DNA from: Octopus vulgaris | Taxonomy: Eukaryota | DNA: 64,000 nucleotides | Reading direction: 5' to 3' | Assembly: GCA_951406725.2 (NCBI GenBank) | Contig: OX597818.1 | Location: forward strand, 122,574,001 to 122,638,000 | Shown: positions 26,201 through 41,050 of the stretch, in pieces | How the letters are laid out: the number at the start of each line of letters is the position of its first letter | How positions within the stretch are numbered: the stretch's first letter is position 1 | Translations under genes and position numbers: made by a program | Notes under the pieces: model-generated | Seen by the model: the letters and a program-made list of their open reading frames with translations, nothing else | Told to the model about the DNA's origin: nothing | The model's database searches: none

Positions 26201-27471
26201 ATTGATGCGGTAGTTAGAAATTAATATCAATAATTGCAGGAGATATTTTTAATTTATTTTCAAATTATTCTAGAAATACTGGATTGCCAATTTGCATTAC
26301 TAGCTTTCCTGCTCACTGAATAACATTTAAACTGTTGTGAAGTCACATTAAGCATGACTTGTAGTAATGAGATGTATGAAATCGTGTTGGAAAGACCGCC
26401 GGTATCAACCAGTGAAATATCCAGCCGTCACATTAAACTAAGCGCTTTAACAACAGCATCAAATTTTCTATTAGTACAAACTTAATAACGGAGTTAAGAA
26501 CCCAATAAATCACCCAGTCAATTAACTAATTAATTAATTAATTGATTAAATAATTAACATATCCTTCAAGCTAGTATGCCGATAATATGATTCAACATCT
26601 GGTACATTTATCTTAAACGCAAACTCAGGACCTATTGATTTCCTTTAGATTTATAACGTCTACATATTAATGTAAGACACTACGTTGAAAATGACAGATG
26701 TACAATGATGAACGGTTCTTATGATTCTATTGTCAGCATAATGCACTTGCAAAAACCTTCTGCCTTTATTTTTGGAACCTATCAGTTGTAAATACGAAAA
26801 TTAATCATCGAAAAAAACTTGAAAGGTCACGGAAAGACGAGCGGACTAATCATTGTCTTCATATTCTGATCTTTGTTTTTGCTTGTTTTGTATTTGAAGA
26901 ATCGTAAAACCAGATTTTGCAGAGAATGAGGCACGGTCAAGTGGTCCGTTAATCGTCGAGGAATCACTGAAAATATTCTAATACATTATCTAGTTCAAGA
27001 CTTGTTATTGAAACTTAAACCCATCAAGACTATACATATAGAGCTGAACTCAATACTACGGGGCAAAAAGAAAACAAAAAAGACTTTTCAGTGATATAAA
27101 TGGCCTTAAATCTCCTGTGACCTTCATACTAGTTCTAAGTCATACATGCACACATGTACACATACGTATGCATACGCAAACACATTACTGGTAAAAATTG
27201 TGAAGGTGTTCCAGCGCTGTCACATCCGATTCCTTTTACATTCACCAAGTCGCTTCATTCTTATGTTATCTTGGACATGGTCAGAAAATAAAGTCGCTGG
27301 AAGGGTTGAACTATCCACGTATCGAGTTGATATTTTGCTAGATATTACCTCAGCCATCTGATCTAACAACAATAAAATCTATATTAGAATATAATTGATA
27401 TTTTGTATACTGTGTAGCTTATTTACTTCGTCCCTCAACTTCTGATGAAGACACCTGACTGCCTTCTCCCT

Positions 27472-27578
27472 GTTGCATCCAGCAACAGGACCTCCGTAAT
27501 GCTATGATGGACCGTGAAATCTGGCGTAGCATAGTAAATTCCATTGTCTCGACCACGGTCGAACAATGATGATGATGA
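27472..27578 (+). mobile_element. Extremely 5'-truncated RTE-type LINE 3' end
   Basis: IQQQDLRNAMMDREIWRSIVNSIVSTTVEQ* (AM.DR..WR RTE terminus), (TGA)n tail, 7-bp TSD tctccct at 27465-27471 and 27579-27585. Confidence 0.78.
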
Positions 27579-28689
27579 TCTCCCTTTCCACATCATGCTA
27601 CTCCATGTGTCAGAACTGTGTGTCATAGCTCCGGTCTCCAGTAAAGGGTTGGTGAGGGTGAAGAACAGTGAGAGGTGATAAAATGAAGTATGGTAGAATG
27701 AGGGGAGGGCTAGAAAAAAATTTTCTGTAGTATTAAATTTTCCCCACAAACATTTTGAATTATAAAAATGAATGCTAACAGGAAATTCAATTGAAGAACG
27801 CTGAAGAGTCTCCAACTCGTTATTTCTATTTGCCTTGATATAACAAGTGATATTACGACTTCAGCTCAATTAGACGTTATTGTACAATATTATGGCGAAG
27901 GCTCTACTTATGAGAATTTTATTAAGTTAGAGAATGTGCCTTAAAACACGTCAGGAAAAGAGATGAATGGATGTGCTAAAATATTTCATCTAAGACAGAT
28001 TTGTGAAAAATGTCAGTTATGATTGATTGTTCTTCCACTATGGTAGACCGAAAAGTTGGTTTTGTAAAACAATTTACAGCATGTGGTCATCTTCTTATTC
28101 CTTCCCATTATATTTTACATCAGGAAGAAATATGACAAAAGAATTCTTTAACGATTTTCCTGCAGTGATTTAAGTTATTTCAGTCAATTTGATACCTTCC
28201 AGGCTTGTGAGCAAAAAATAGTTTAATTTACTTGTAAATGAACCTGGATCGGTTTACAATTGTTTGTTTCTATGGCAGTAAGATACAATGGTTGCATTGC
28301 CAAATACTCGAACAATTTGTTGAGCGTTTAAGTGAAATCTAGCTAACTTTTATTTTCCAGATTTGTTTAATTTTGTTCTTGGCTCAGTGAAATTATGCTT
28401 TTCGCAAACCTTCCTTTGCCGCTGAATGAAACTTAATATCAAACTGCAAGGCTTGGGGCAATCTATTGACGTGGTATTTGGCTTGATAAAGAGTTTGAAG
28501 AATAAAATCCGCATTTTTATTTCTATGTGAATTACATTGCAAGGATTCCAAAATCCATAAAATTCCTCGAAGAAATCAACTGTAAAACCACCGAAAAATG
28601 ACTTAAATAGTGTATATAGTCGGAAACTAAAGGAAGCTCGTTGTTTACACACACAAACACACACACAAACTTATATATGTGTGTTTGCA

Positions 28690-28895
28690 TGCGTGTGTGT
28701 ATGTATGTATGTGTAGGGGATAAGGTGTATTACGTTGGTGTGTTTACGTTCCTGTAATCTACCGGTTTGGCAAAAGAAACTGATATACTAAGAAGTAAGC
28801 TTTAAAAAAAAATATGTACTGGGGTCGACTCGTTCGACTAAAATCTTTCAAGGTTGTGCCCCTGCGTGGCTCCAGTTTAATGACGGAAACAAGTA
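28690..28895 (+). mobile_element. SINE family B 3' half, diverged
   Basis: gttggtgtgtttacgt...ggcaaaagaaac.gata...ggggtcga..cgttcgactaa...gaaacaagtaaag. Confidence 0.75.
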
Positions 28896-29479
28896 AAGAA
28901 TAAAAGATAAAAAGCAGATTCCAAAGACCTGCAATTCGGAAATTAAACGTATCGAATGGTTGGGTTCAAGAGATCTAGAAATATTTGTCAACTTACAATT
29001 TTATTTTTGTGGAAGACAAAATTCATTACACTAGAGCTGATTTGAAGGAACTTGAACCTGTACAAATAATCTTGAATAAACGTGACTCTTTTTAGCGTGG
29101 AATTGTATTCCTGAAAATATAAGTGTTCGTAAATCTTGCGAAGAGCACACTTTCCCCCTTTTTTGTCACTATACTCATGTGAAAAAATATACTATGCATT
29201 AAGGAATATCAAAATTTAACGAAAAGAGAAAATATCATGGTTTGGAATGCTAACTGCGTAGTCGGAAAAGAAACTCCAAATTATTCTTTGTATACTTGCA
29301 AATGCCTTATTAAAATCAGAAACAAAATAGTCAATAAATTTATGGCAACATTTGAAATTGTACTTTGTTTTCCTAGATATATAATTATATTTGAAATTTC
29401 AAGTTATATTTTACTACACACTTAGATAATAAACACCCACGCACACACACACAACCACACACATACACTCACACACACA

Positions 29480-29645
29480 CCTCAACGCCTACAATTTCAA
29501 CAGCAGTGTCTCTTGAGCTAGTACGTACAGAAGAGAAGTAGGGTACACATTTGCCGGACTGAGTGCATGATGCCGAATAGTTCCCAAAGTTGACCATTCA
29601 CCCAAAATACCGAACAGATGTTTCGGTATTTGCGGCGATCTAGCA
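29480..29645 (-). mobile_element. Separate diverged L1/Tx1 RT fragment
   Basis: Paralogous to 31140-31280 (cggactgagtgcatgatgccgaat.gtt.cca.agttgaccattcaccc). Confidence 0.7.
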
Positions 29646-29994
29646 CAGAAATAAGCCGCTTATTTTTAAGGAATTATTTAAGGTTAAAATACATGCAGGC
29701 GTTACTCCGATAACAGGATTACTAAAATTAGACATTTTTTTAGACACGAGGCATGCCTGCATAATCCGTAGTGACAGGTCTTTGCGCAAATTATACGACG
29801 ATGTCGACGACGACGACGATGTCGACGACGACGACGATAACAACAACAACAACAATAATAATATTTTCTTTACTCACTACTAAACTTTCATACAAAACAT
29901 TGCGGTTGGTACAGTATAATGTCGAGTTACATAAAATTGAACTTGTAAACAACAAAAGCGAAAACAAAATAAATTTTAAAAACAAAAAATTAAC

Positions 29995-32150
29995 CAAAGG
30001 AAGGATACTTCATGAAAAACTTACAAAACTATGGAGGTTCAAACTACTGGGGAAAGTTCCCTCGTTTCATCGTAGGTGCATGCTTAGAGTTGTCCCGTAC
30101 ACTCGGACCATTCTTCCCACATTCACTCACCTTTTCAAGTAAAGCTTGATATAGTTGATGAGGGCTTGGCCTGCGAGGTAAATGTATCTTCAGCCTCTTC
30201 AAGCTGGCTCACGTCATCCTCTTTCGCTAAGGTCAGGGCGCAAAGAAACAATGCCTGTTCTTTCCGGTCTAAGGAAGTCGGCGGGACAATATTCTTGATG
30301 AACTCAGCCTTTAACCAGATCTGTCCTACACGTGACGGTTGGTATTCCATATAAACACACAAGTCAGCAATACTCGAGCACCGGACGAGAGCGTGTAGAA
30401 GTTTCGTCGCCTGTTTATAGCAAACCGGCAATGCTCCCCCGAACGCATTAGCACTGCCAGGCCAAATTACCCATGGGCGCCTGCACGAAAATCCTTTAGT
30501 ATATATCCGCCAGTTGATTCTCGTCGACACTCATAAGCTGCTTTGATTCATACATGAACCGCGACTACAGTTCAGTCAAAGAGACGAGCTGTGTTAAAGT
30601 GAGTCAGATAAACGGCGACCACGGTTGCTCACCATCTCGGAAACGAAGGAGATGTTGTAGCCTACCCTACGCCCATGTCTGCGCATCAGCAACCACAGCA
30701 TGCTCTGTCCTCTATTCAGCGGATATCGACAACAGATGGAGTACCTAGTTAGCGGAACTCGTTTCTTCCACAGGAAGCGTGAGAGTACGCTCCATTTTGT
30801 TCCGACGTAATCCGAGCTAGGGCACGAAGATCAGGCAATCGTATATGACGGAAGTAACGTAAGCGTTCGCCATTTCCGTCGGACCTTTCAGAGATAGCTT
30901 TCTATCGACCCATTTTCACCGTCCCAAAACGTTCTTGAACAGCATGGACCTGCTTCACCAAACGCCGAGCTGCAGGTCCACTCACTTTTCTTGATTAATT
31001 TTGACTCCTGTCACCGCCTCATATTCTTTTTGATCAGTGCCTACCAACTCTAGTTTTCTGGTGTACGACACTATAACGGTGACGTCATCTACGTATGCCA
31101 ACAAGGTTCTTCCACACCCTAGTTCTCGCGGGATGCCTCTCAATTTCAACATCAGTACATACAGAAGAGAAGCAGGGGACACATTTGACGGACTGAGTGC
31201 ATGATGCCGAATGGTTGCCATAGTTGACCATTCACCCGAACTACGGAACAGATGTTGCGGTACGTTGCAGCGATCTTGCACGGAAAACGGGGTCGAAACT
31301 GGCCGCCATGCGTACGGCCGCCAAGTATTGATGGCCTACCCTATAGAGGTTTTAGACTGATCCTATCCATTCCGGGTATATTACCCACTCTGAGTATGAT
31401 GTATCGCATAACATGGAGGCTATTGTGGATAGATCAGCTTGGGATGGCTCATGTTTGCGCATTACCAATAAGTTCCCCGACGAGAAATGCTAGCCTGTTT
31501 GCTAACACCTAGGCCAAAATGTTGAAATTTGCGTTCAACATCGTTATACGCCTAAAATTTTCTGTTTCATCACCCTTATTAGGGTAATTTCTTATCATTG
31601 CCACCGTTCCTCAAGTCGCTGAAGTAGGAATTCTCCCGCTCTGCTGTCAGTTGTGGTCGCCAAATAAGCCCGGCATACTAAAGTAAATCTCTAGACCATC
31701 TAAAGGCGATTTGTCCCCGTGAAAATCCGTCATCTTATACCATATTTTCGAGGCTCTTATCAACAATTCTCAATGCTCCACCAACTGGCCGAGAGTTGTG
31801 GCATCCGTCGGGATAGGCACAGAAGTCCATCCTGTGTTCCAGACTGCCATTCGTCCCAAATAACTGGGAGAAGTACTGCTGAAATGCTGCACACATCTAC
31901 TCGGGCCCGAGTGTTGTACACTAATTTTGGTCTACCAAAGACAGAATTGTGGATTTATTGCCACGTTACGCCTCTACCACTTTAACCCACCAAGCGGATT
32001 TCGTTCCCTTAAATTACGCGCTTTATCTCTGGCAATGCATCTTTCGTGTTTAGCGTTGAAGAATTGGTTCAGGGCCAATCTCACTGCCATCACGTCGATT
32101 GCGAAGCCTTTCCTAACTGCCCCTTCCAAGGTTGTATGTGTATTCCATTA
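29995..32150 (-). pseudogene. Decayed L1/Tx1-clade non-LTR retrotransposon ORF2 (possibly extending to about 32700)
   Basis: SPASLLYVL, LAYVDDVTVIV, KEYEAVTGVKINQEK and further L1/Tx1-like C-terminal coding; many stops and frameshifts. Confidence 0.82.
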
Positions 32151-33509
32151 GTACTTTATTGATCGTGTTTATGACAATGTAGCTGATGATATTTAAATTT
32201 TATTCTGTTGGGATTTGTGATGAAAATATTTTGCTCGTAGTGGTGGTATCTGTGATAACAATGATAATTATCAGAGTGATGTGGACGATGTTGACATTGT
32301 AAGTCTAGCTGTGGTTGTGGGTGGTGTTTTAGCATTGTTGATCAGAGGCATCTCCCGTATTTGTTCGTATATATCAGTTTCTTGTTGATGTTGGTGTTCT
32401 TTGATTCCTCATTCCTTTCATGGCCTTCGCGACCGTTTGTCATGTGAGGTTCTGAAAATTGCCATGTCGCATATGTCGGAAATTCTGACGCCAGTGACGG
32501 CTATCACATCCATACTTATTTACCTAAAATCATTGAGTAGGCCATCCTGCTTCCAGGGTGACAAAAGACCTTAGTCGAAATGTGAAGAGTAAAGAAACAC
32601 TGAGTCAGCTCTGAGGCCTGTGAAACGATCTCCATTCGGTTTTCGGTTTCGTTTGGGAAGTCCTTTAAGAGCTTAATGTTGGCCCTTACGTTCGGACTTC
32701 CAGATAGTTGGGGAAGTCCTCCCTCATTTTTTTTTATGTTTCCAAGTCTAGTCTTATTATTTTTAAGTTATGTGACACTTTGAAAGTGTTGAACTTAAAG
32801 ACTTCTCCCTCTGTTTCAATGTTTGTTTTCTTTCTTTGCAATCAGAACATCAAGTATATGTTTGAACTTATTAGTACAAAGTTTGGGGTAGGAGTGTTTA
32901 GTTGAAGTTGTGATTGTTTGTGTGGTTGTCTGCCGGTACTGATCTTGTATGTGTTTTCTTTTCGTTGAAGTTGCTGTTGTCGGTGATGGTGAAGGTGGTG
33001 GAGGAGTTGTGGGTTTATTTGTATTAGGTGTGGTCGTGGTTTCGTTGGCGCTGTTGTGATTATGTGGTTTCTTTCGCATCTTTTCAATTCTTATTATTTA
33101 TTTTGGTTTACTAAATTTTACCCTATCCTTGCGGGGTGATATTTCTTCATCGGAGGGCTCTGACGTTTGTTGGGGTACATGAGGAAATGTATTTTTGTGT
33201 ATGTCTATGTGTGCGTGTGTATGTCTATGTGTGGGTGTGTATGTCTATCTGTGCGTGCGTATGTGTGTTTAAAAGAGGGTGGGAAGGAAGGAGAGTAAAA
33301 TAGTGTGAGTTTGGTTTTATATTTTCCTGGGATGGGGATCCTGGTGTTGTTGTTGTTTCGGGTGTATATTCAGCAGAGCTTTCATGTTAAGGCGCTGATA
33401 ATGGTATAGAATATCACACTGCCACACAATTCTAGTTGCACGAAATAAATCAAATTAGCATAAAGCCAAGAGAGCTTGTATATACAATCATACATGTGTG
33501 TATGCATAC

Positions 33510-33579
<70 letters not shown>

Positions 33580-33612
33580 CGGAAGATGGAAGATAAGAAA
33601 ACTTTTATTAAT

Positions 33613-33657
33613 CACTAAAATTGTTTCGAACCTTCTAATATCGATCCCTCATTGGTG
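33613..33657 (-). ncRNA. Decayed hammerhead motif in TA-flanked cassette of about 33573-33826
   Basis: Minus strand: cac-caatga-g-ggatc[10]ggttc-GAAA-caattt-UA-gtg, then AATAAA. The core is damaged. Confidence 0.4.
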
Positions 33658-33862
33658 GGATATTTAACAACTGGTTTAGGAGCATCCGTCGTTCTAGATG
33701 TGTCTCTTCGGGTGATAATTTGATATAACCCGTTGAAATAACGACTGTTCCGCAAAGTATCTTTTCGGTTCGTGTAAAGAAAAGCAGCAACTTAAAGGAT
33801 ATAGCTTCATTTATACAGAAGATCAATATATATATATATATATATATATACCATAGTTTTAT

Positions 33863-33912
<50 letters not shown>

Positions 33913-33934
33913 GCTACTGCTACTGCTGCTGCTG

Positions 33935-33980
<46 letters not shown>

Positions 33981-34042
33981 AACTACTACTACTGCTGCTG
34001 CTACTACTACTACTACTACTACTACTACTCCTGCTGCTGCTG

Positions 34043-34115
<73 letters not shown>

Positions 34116-34153
34116 TAATAAAAACAACAACAACAGCAACAATAATAATAATG
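33863..34153. repeat. Compound (TAC)n/(TGC)n/(AAT)n microsatellite
   Basis: Direct tandem trinucleotide arrays. Confidence 0.95.
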
Positions 34154-34985
34154 ATATGTTTGTGTGTATGAATGTGTGCATGTCTCTCCTATTATTCTCT
34201 CTCACAGGAATAATCGTGTTTTAAGTATTTTGGTCTAATTGCGTTTTAAGTATTGTATAAAAGTCTCTAGCTCAATGCAATATTGAAACAACTGACTGAT
34301 AGTTTGCAGAGATACTTAGAAATAAATGGCACCAAACCGTCTGGAACTTTTAGAAATCTATATCAGAATTGACTAGTGTAAAGCAAGCAGCCAGGAAAAG
34401 AGAGAACATGTTGATCTAACCTTCCCATAGACTGAGTTTCATAAATGGGGACGAGTCTGCCTCTTCAGAAACTGACCTCACATGTCACCTACGCAAAAAA
34501 AAAAGCTGAAGAGTTTCGGGTTGAATATAAGCAATTTCTAGAAAAAAAATGCAATCTCTTATTGGCTATTAAACCCATTTTAAGTGAAATGGTTTCTGTA
34601 AAAAATATATAAATATACAGAAATAAAATAATTTATCAGTGATAGTGACACTCGTCTAACCAGTCAACAGCCGCCATGTATGCATGTATGTACAGGCTCC
34701 CTTTGTTGTATGCCGATTTGATTTTGCGTAGCCAGAATTTAGTGTCACATCGGCGTTATATACCTTTACCATGAAGTGTTTCTTTGTTGAGGAAATCGAT
34801 TAAATATGACGTATATAGATAAGAAATATATATAGACACGCAAATATAAAATAATATATGTAATGCACTTAGATGAATAAAGACGTAATTTACTGAGACA
34901 TACTTACAACGGCCATATCATAAACATCGGCAAAGACACACACACATGTGCATAAGCGTAAACACAAACTCTCTCTCTCACACAC

Positions 34986-35049
<64 letters not shown>

Positions 35050-36468
35050 GCATATATATATATATATATATATATACTTATAGATACACACATAGGCATG
35101 CATGCAACCATACGAACATTAACTCTCATTACATATATGTGTGTGTTTGTGTGTAGAATTACTGCAATATACAGATGAATGGGCGATCGTACTCAAATTT
35201 ATAGTCAGCCAAATTCTGATGGGGGATGGCGTGTGCGTAGGAAATGAAGTTAATAACTTGTTATTTTATAGAGCTAGAATATAATAAATAAAGAGGTAAT
35301 TCAGATACAGATGGGTGGGTGCAGTCCAGTTAACATGAGTATGGCTAGCATTGAGATCACTCTTCGATCTCAATATTTTTGCATATGGAAATATATACGG
35401 ATACAGAGAGCTAAGATATACATAATGATACATAAGCATATCCATGCACTCGCATACCTAGGTACATATACTCGTACAAATAAATATGCAAGAGCAATAC
35501 CGATCTGTTCCTCTCACACAAGTCAGGAAACAAAGCAATATTCAGAAGAAAGACACCCGTCCGATATCCGACAATGCAACGTCAAACACAGTGGCTCCAG
35601 ATACCAAACGTACATTCTACATGAAAATCCACTTTTCTTCATGATCCACCCGGCGAGAGAAATTCAGAAGAGCATTTTCGTTATAATAGAGCAATCTCTA
35701 CTTTTATCCAGTTGCAAAAAATACTCAAGTGTTGCAACTAAACAGTAACAAGAGTAATTCACAGTTTTTGAGGCGACACAAAGAAACAACTATGTTAGAA
35801 ACGAAAATTTTGCTAAATGCTTAAGGCCTCATCCCGTCCAACAATGCAGGCATTGTCCCATTTGTCATTGACGATGGATTACTTATAGGCCAAATGCTTT
35901 CCCTTCGGTCATCCTAACCGAGGCACACCTCATCAAAGTTCACATACACACTGAGGGTTAATGATTTTTGCATTATTCGCGGTGATGGAGCTAGTTGAAG
36001 ACAGGAAGAGTTGCTACTTTCATCCACCAGTTTTTCTTGCTGCAGAAGTAAAGGCCGTATATTATAATGGTTATTGTCTATCAGTATCCGTACACAACGA
36101 TGACGATGAGCTGTTCTCTATAATTGGGTGCTACAGATCATTCCAATCGTTTCTACTCTGCCTCCAAGACTGCCTGCTAAAATAAAACTGTTAATCCAAC
36201 AATAAAGTGTGATGTCAATCTTCGTTTTGTCGATTGTACTTTGACTACTTTGAAACTAGGAATTTTCATGTGAACCTTAAAAGAAGCGGTAGTAAAGACA
36301 CCTTGCAAATGTGAGTGATTTTTTCCTGTCCTAAAGCGTGTTTGTGCCAGGTACACTCATACATATGATTGTAATCAATTCATAAATAGATATAATTGAA
36401 TGTTTACAGGCTGATGTTTGTCGACTGTTTATCTTTTCCATTTTCTTATTCGCCTTATGTATATATAT

Positions 36469-36567
<99 letters not shown>

Positions 36568-37310
36568 CATACATATACAGCCGTTAATTTCTGCATACGG
36601 TGAGCATCTAACTGAAGTACATTTGATCTTTTCTTTCTCTATTTCTCTGTTCTTCTTGTAGAAGGGCGTATGTTCAAAACTTAAAAGACTTACCATAAAC
36701 CTACTATACTTTTTTCTCAGAGGAACATACATATATGCGTGCGTGTGAGTGTATGCATATTGATACCATACAGCCGAAGGGTTCAGAATTTCTCCTTGCG
36801 ATGAAGCCTTAGGTTTGACTCTATCTCTGTTGTCGGGTAAGTATCATCTTGTATACATTCGCGTTGAACTATATTTGTTGAGCGAAACTTTGTAGAAGAA
36901 AACTGAAATGAAGCCCATCGGATTTATTATACCTGTAATTCAAAAGTACAACCTTCCCATACTGTGTTACTCTGATTTTGTCAAGCAATTTCATTACACA
37001 ACCGTGGAATCCCGATGCAATTAGTATATAATACAATGAGCTTGATTGCTCAGTTGATCAAACACTTGAACACTCATAGCTGGAAATTCTTACCGAGATC
37101 CATTTTATCTATATAAATCTGTTTCTATATATGCGGGTGATTGTATGTGTGTGTGCGTGTTTGTACAATAGTGTGTGTGTGTATAAATACATACTCAAGT
37201 ACACACGCACACACACGAAGATACGATCAGGTATGATGAATGCACATTTGTTCACGTGATTGTATACATAACTACCTGTTTATATATATACATATATATA
37301 TATATGTATG

Positions 37311-37401
<91 letters not shown>

Positions 37402-38276
37402 CTAGCTGACTTACCCGGTAATTCCTGGGAAAGCGGGGCTTATCCCTTGGTTCCGTTCTCATAATTGTTTCGCAAATCCTATAACAACAATAGAAATTAT
37501 GAAGCCCTTAGCACGGCTTTTGTGCATTTACAGAGCATACTGAACTGTCTTACACAAGATCTTGTTTTTATGAATTCCCAATTAGTTATGAATACCCAAA
37601 TTATAAAGTCAGTTATGTAATAACATGAAATTAGCAACTCGATAGTAAGAATTCAAATAGACTAGCCTCGAAAACGGTTTTAATGCGTTCCCAGTGTATA
37701 TAGAACATATGAGAAAATACTAATAAGTAATGTATACTAAAATCGTGAAGCATGTTTCGTAATAACAGGCTAATCCGATATGAGATAATAACAATTCAAA
37801 GTAAATAAGTCTGAAAAGTGCTTTAGTGCGTTCTGAAAGAATATCACCCTCAGCTCAGAGGCGCTAGTGTTGGTATATTCGTGAATTAGTTACTAACCGA
37901 AAAAGTGGATCTGTTGTTTAGGAAAATACTATTTACTTGTTTAAGGGTTGTACTGGATAAATTGCGAAAATGACTCTAACAGTTCAAATACTAAGAAATA
38001 AGCATACTTAATTTGTTTGTTACCAAATAAGTAAGGAAAATGAATGGATTATTTCCCTTGGCTATATATAAGGATCCCTTCCAGGTGTGAATGGGTTATT
38101 TCCCTTGGTTTTTAAAATAAAATATATTAGATATATATAAGGATCCTTTCCACGGACCCTATTATCGATTTTTCAACAATCTAAGTATGCAATGAGGTTT
38201 CCAGATATGAGTTCTACTCGCGTGTCAAGTTTCATTAAAATCGATAAAACGACAGAATTTCTCACATGTGTTGTAG

Positions 38277-38277
<1 letters not shown>
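37402..38277 (-). mobile_element. Non-autonomous Helitron
   Basis: Minus strand A|TCtacaac...cccaggaattaccgggtaagtcagCTAG|T: 5' TC, 3' CTAG, subterminal GC-rich hairpin at 37414-37429, inserted between A and T with no TSD. Internal direct repeat tgaatgg.ttatttcccttgg. Confidence 0.72.
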
Positions 38278-38329
<52 letters not shown>

Positions 38330-39643
38330 TGTATGTATGTATGTATGTATGTATGTATGTATGTATGTATGTATGTATGCATGCATGCATGTGTGTATGT
38401 ATATACGCACATCTACGGGCACAAGAGACAGAGAAAGTGTGAGTAAGAGGAGAGAGACATATATACGTTGAAACCATGACATATATCTGAAATGCTGAAT
38501 TCAGTTTCCAATTTACTGATTAAATGATATTTAATATTTTCCATAAACGGATTAAACAAATGTTATATTTGTCGATCTATATCTTGTATCAATGATATAT
38601 ACAGGCACACTTGAAAATTCGGAACACTCTAGAATTTCTACAAAATTTCATCATAAATCTCGCAAAATATGAATATTATAAATTACATTTTGGAAGGAAT
38701 ATTTAAGTTAAACTTTGCTGGTTGAATTTATGACTTGTCTGCAGAAGTATATTAATTTTAATATATGACTAAACTAAAATCTTCGTCTAATGTCCCTAGA
38801 GATGTCATAATTATTATCTTCGCTATCAAATATCTAGCGCTTTTAAAAGGCAAATAATTTCAACTGTTGGCTTGGACACAATAATCTCATAGTTTAATTA
38901 CATTGGAGGAATTTATTTTGTCTCTTGCGTGTTTATATAAAAATATAAACGCTTAAGAAATACTGAAGAAGATACATCACGGTAATATTTACAGATAATG
39001 AGTAATATAATTCATTATGAAGATAAAGACAGCTTCGTGGAAAGGTATATGTGCAAATAAGTGTACTGTTTAAACACAGCATGGAATGTCCAGGGACTTC
39101 AACTTCATAGAACTAACAGTAATAATTCTCTGAAATATTTGTCTTGAAAAATAACATTCGTTCCGTAAAGTAGTCCGAAGGATAATATGCCTTTTCCTGA
39201 AAAACAAAAAGCAAAATAGAGCAGACAAAGCAGCAACTTTCTAACATGAGTCAGCTCAATCAGTCAACGATGACCTAAAGCTAAGCAGCATCATAAACAA
39301 CAGCAGCAGTAACAACAATAATACAATTAACTGAATTAGATTCATTAGATTCGGACTCAGGACGCATGAAATATAGTAGTTCAGTAAGATATATACACTC
39401 TTCTTTTATGCTTCTGTTAAAAAGTAAATGATTACATATGTTTAAAATAAGATATCTATTGCAGTGAGGTCGACCTTGCTCTTTATACTCAGGGTCCATA
39501 CTAGTGAAATAATGGGGGTCGATGTAACCGGCTTGCTTCCCACTGTTGCAAATTGGTAGCCTTGTGCCAAAGTTTGAAATATATTAGGAAATATCTTACA
39601 TTAATGACAAGGTTTTTATTATGTTCACCTTTTACTCTGATGG

Positions 39644-39688
<45 letters not shown>

Positions 39689-39745
39689 GCGTGTGTGTGT
39701 ATGTATGTATGTATGTATGTATGTATGTATCTATCTATCTATCTA

Positions 39746-39791
<46 letters not shown>

Positions 39792-40187
39792 TAAGATGAT
39801 ATAATTTATTAACTGTATCAAAAATATTATTTATTTAAATATATTATAACATATGTAGCATATTAGCAATTAAAACCTAACGACAAATTAATAAACAAGG
39901 GTACAAAAAGCACGAATTGTTAGAAATAAGAGTCAGAAAGGTGTCACTGCTTGCTCTTTCGCTTTTCGTCAATCTCATGAGGTTAGTGCTTTGTGTATTA
40001 CACAAATGGTTCAAGCGCAGACAGTTCCGTTCATGGCAGTAATCATGTTAAAAACTCGGCATCCGAATCAATCTTAAAGCTTTTTGCCAATATTCGTGAT
40101 CTATATATTTTTTGGCAATCAACACAAAAGTAAGGGAGAAATCGTGACAATTGTTTCAGTTTAAAGCTTAAAAAGGAAGAAATGGGT

Positions 40188-40221
40188 CTTGACGTTTGGG
40201 ATGCTAATTCTTCATCAGAAA
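40188..40221 (-). ncRNA. Hammerhead motif with a catalytic G12C lesion (likely inactive)
   Basis: Minus strand: ttt-CUGAUGA-a-gaat tagc atcc-CAAA-cg-UC-aag. Same architecture as 48021-48053. Confidence 0.5.
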
Positions 40222-40572
40222 TTTGTGCAGGTGTGCAGAGCTTCGAATATATGGGGGTGTTGTGTGGTGGGACATTGGAGATAAGTTTAATCAAACTGTA
40301 TTTTTGAGGAAGTTATGGAAGAAAGAATGATATGGCAGGCGTAAGTATGAAGCGAAAGGGAAGGCAAGAGGAACGAGGTAACAAAACATTGAGGAAAAAT
40401 CTATATGAAAGAAAATGTAAAGGTACTATTTCTCTTTCTCTCTCTCTCTCTCTCTCTGTCCCCCTCTCTATGTATGCATGTATGTATGTATGTATCTATC
40501 TATCTACATATATATATGTATATAGATACATATATATACAAGCACACATAGACACACACATGTGTGTGCGTC

Positions 40573-40622
<50 letters not shown>

Positions 40623-40912
40623 CATACATATGTAGACAAACGCGCGTGCACAAACACATACACATGCATATTTTCATCTCCGTAACCCTCACTAATAAAA
40701 ACAATAGAAAGAAAAATACTTACAAAACAAAATGCAAGGAAGCAACAAAATTCGATAAAGAATCACTAAAAGTATTCGGATCCAAATAAACATAGGATTC
40801 TGACCCAAAGCGAGAAACACTAAAGGGGAATCGTGCAACGAAATACCATCTTGGTTCACTCGCACGTACGTATAAATATGACAACAGAAATTTCAAATAA
40901 ACATCTTTAGAA

Positions 40913-40960
<48 letters not shown>

Positions 40961-40963
<3 letters not shown>

Positions 40964-41050
40964 TAAGTAGTTGAATGAATTATATGTTCGAAACATATGT
41001 CGAGAATAAAGGAATTTTGTTAAATCGTCGTTCGAATCCATTCTTTCATT
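40961..41050 (+). mobile_element. 5'-truncated relative of the 18094-18720 cassette with only the 3' half of the HHR
   Basis: GAAAcatatgUC (40990-41001), then aataaaggaattttgttaaatcgtcgttcgaatccatt, homologous to 18493-18550. Flanked by microsatellites. Confidence 0.65.

Noticed and set aside
27442-27460. ctgatgaag motif
   Set aside because: No downstream stem II or GAAA.
34425-34472. Minus-strand CUGAAGA...GAAACUCAGUC
   Set aside because: Core words are present but stems I and II do not pair; likely chance.
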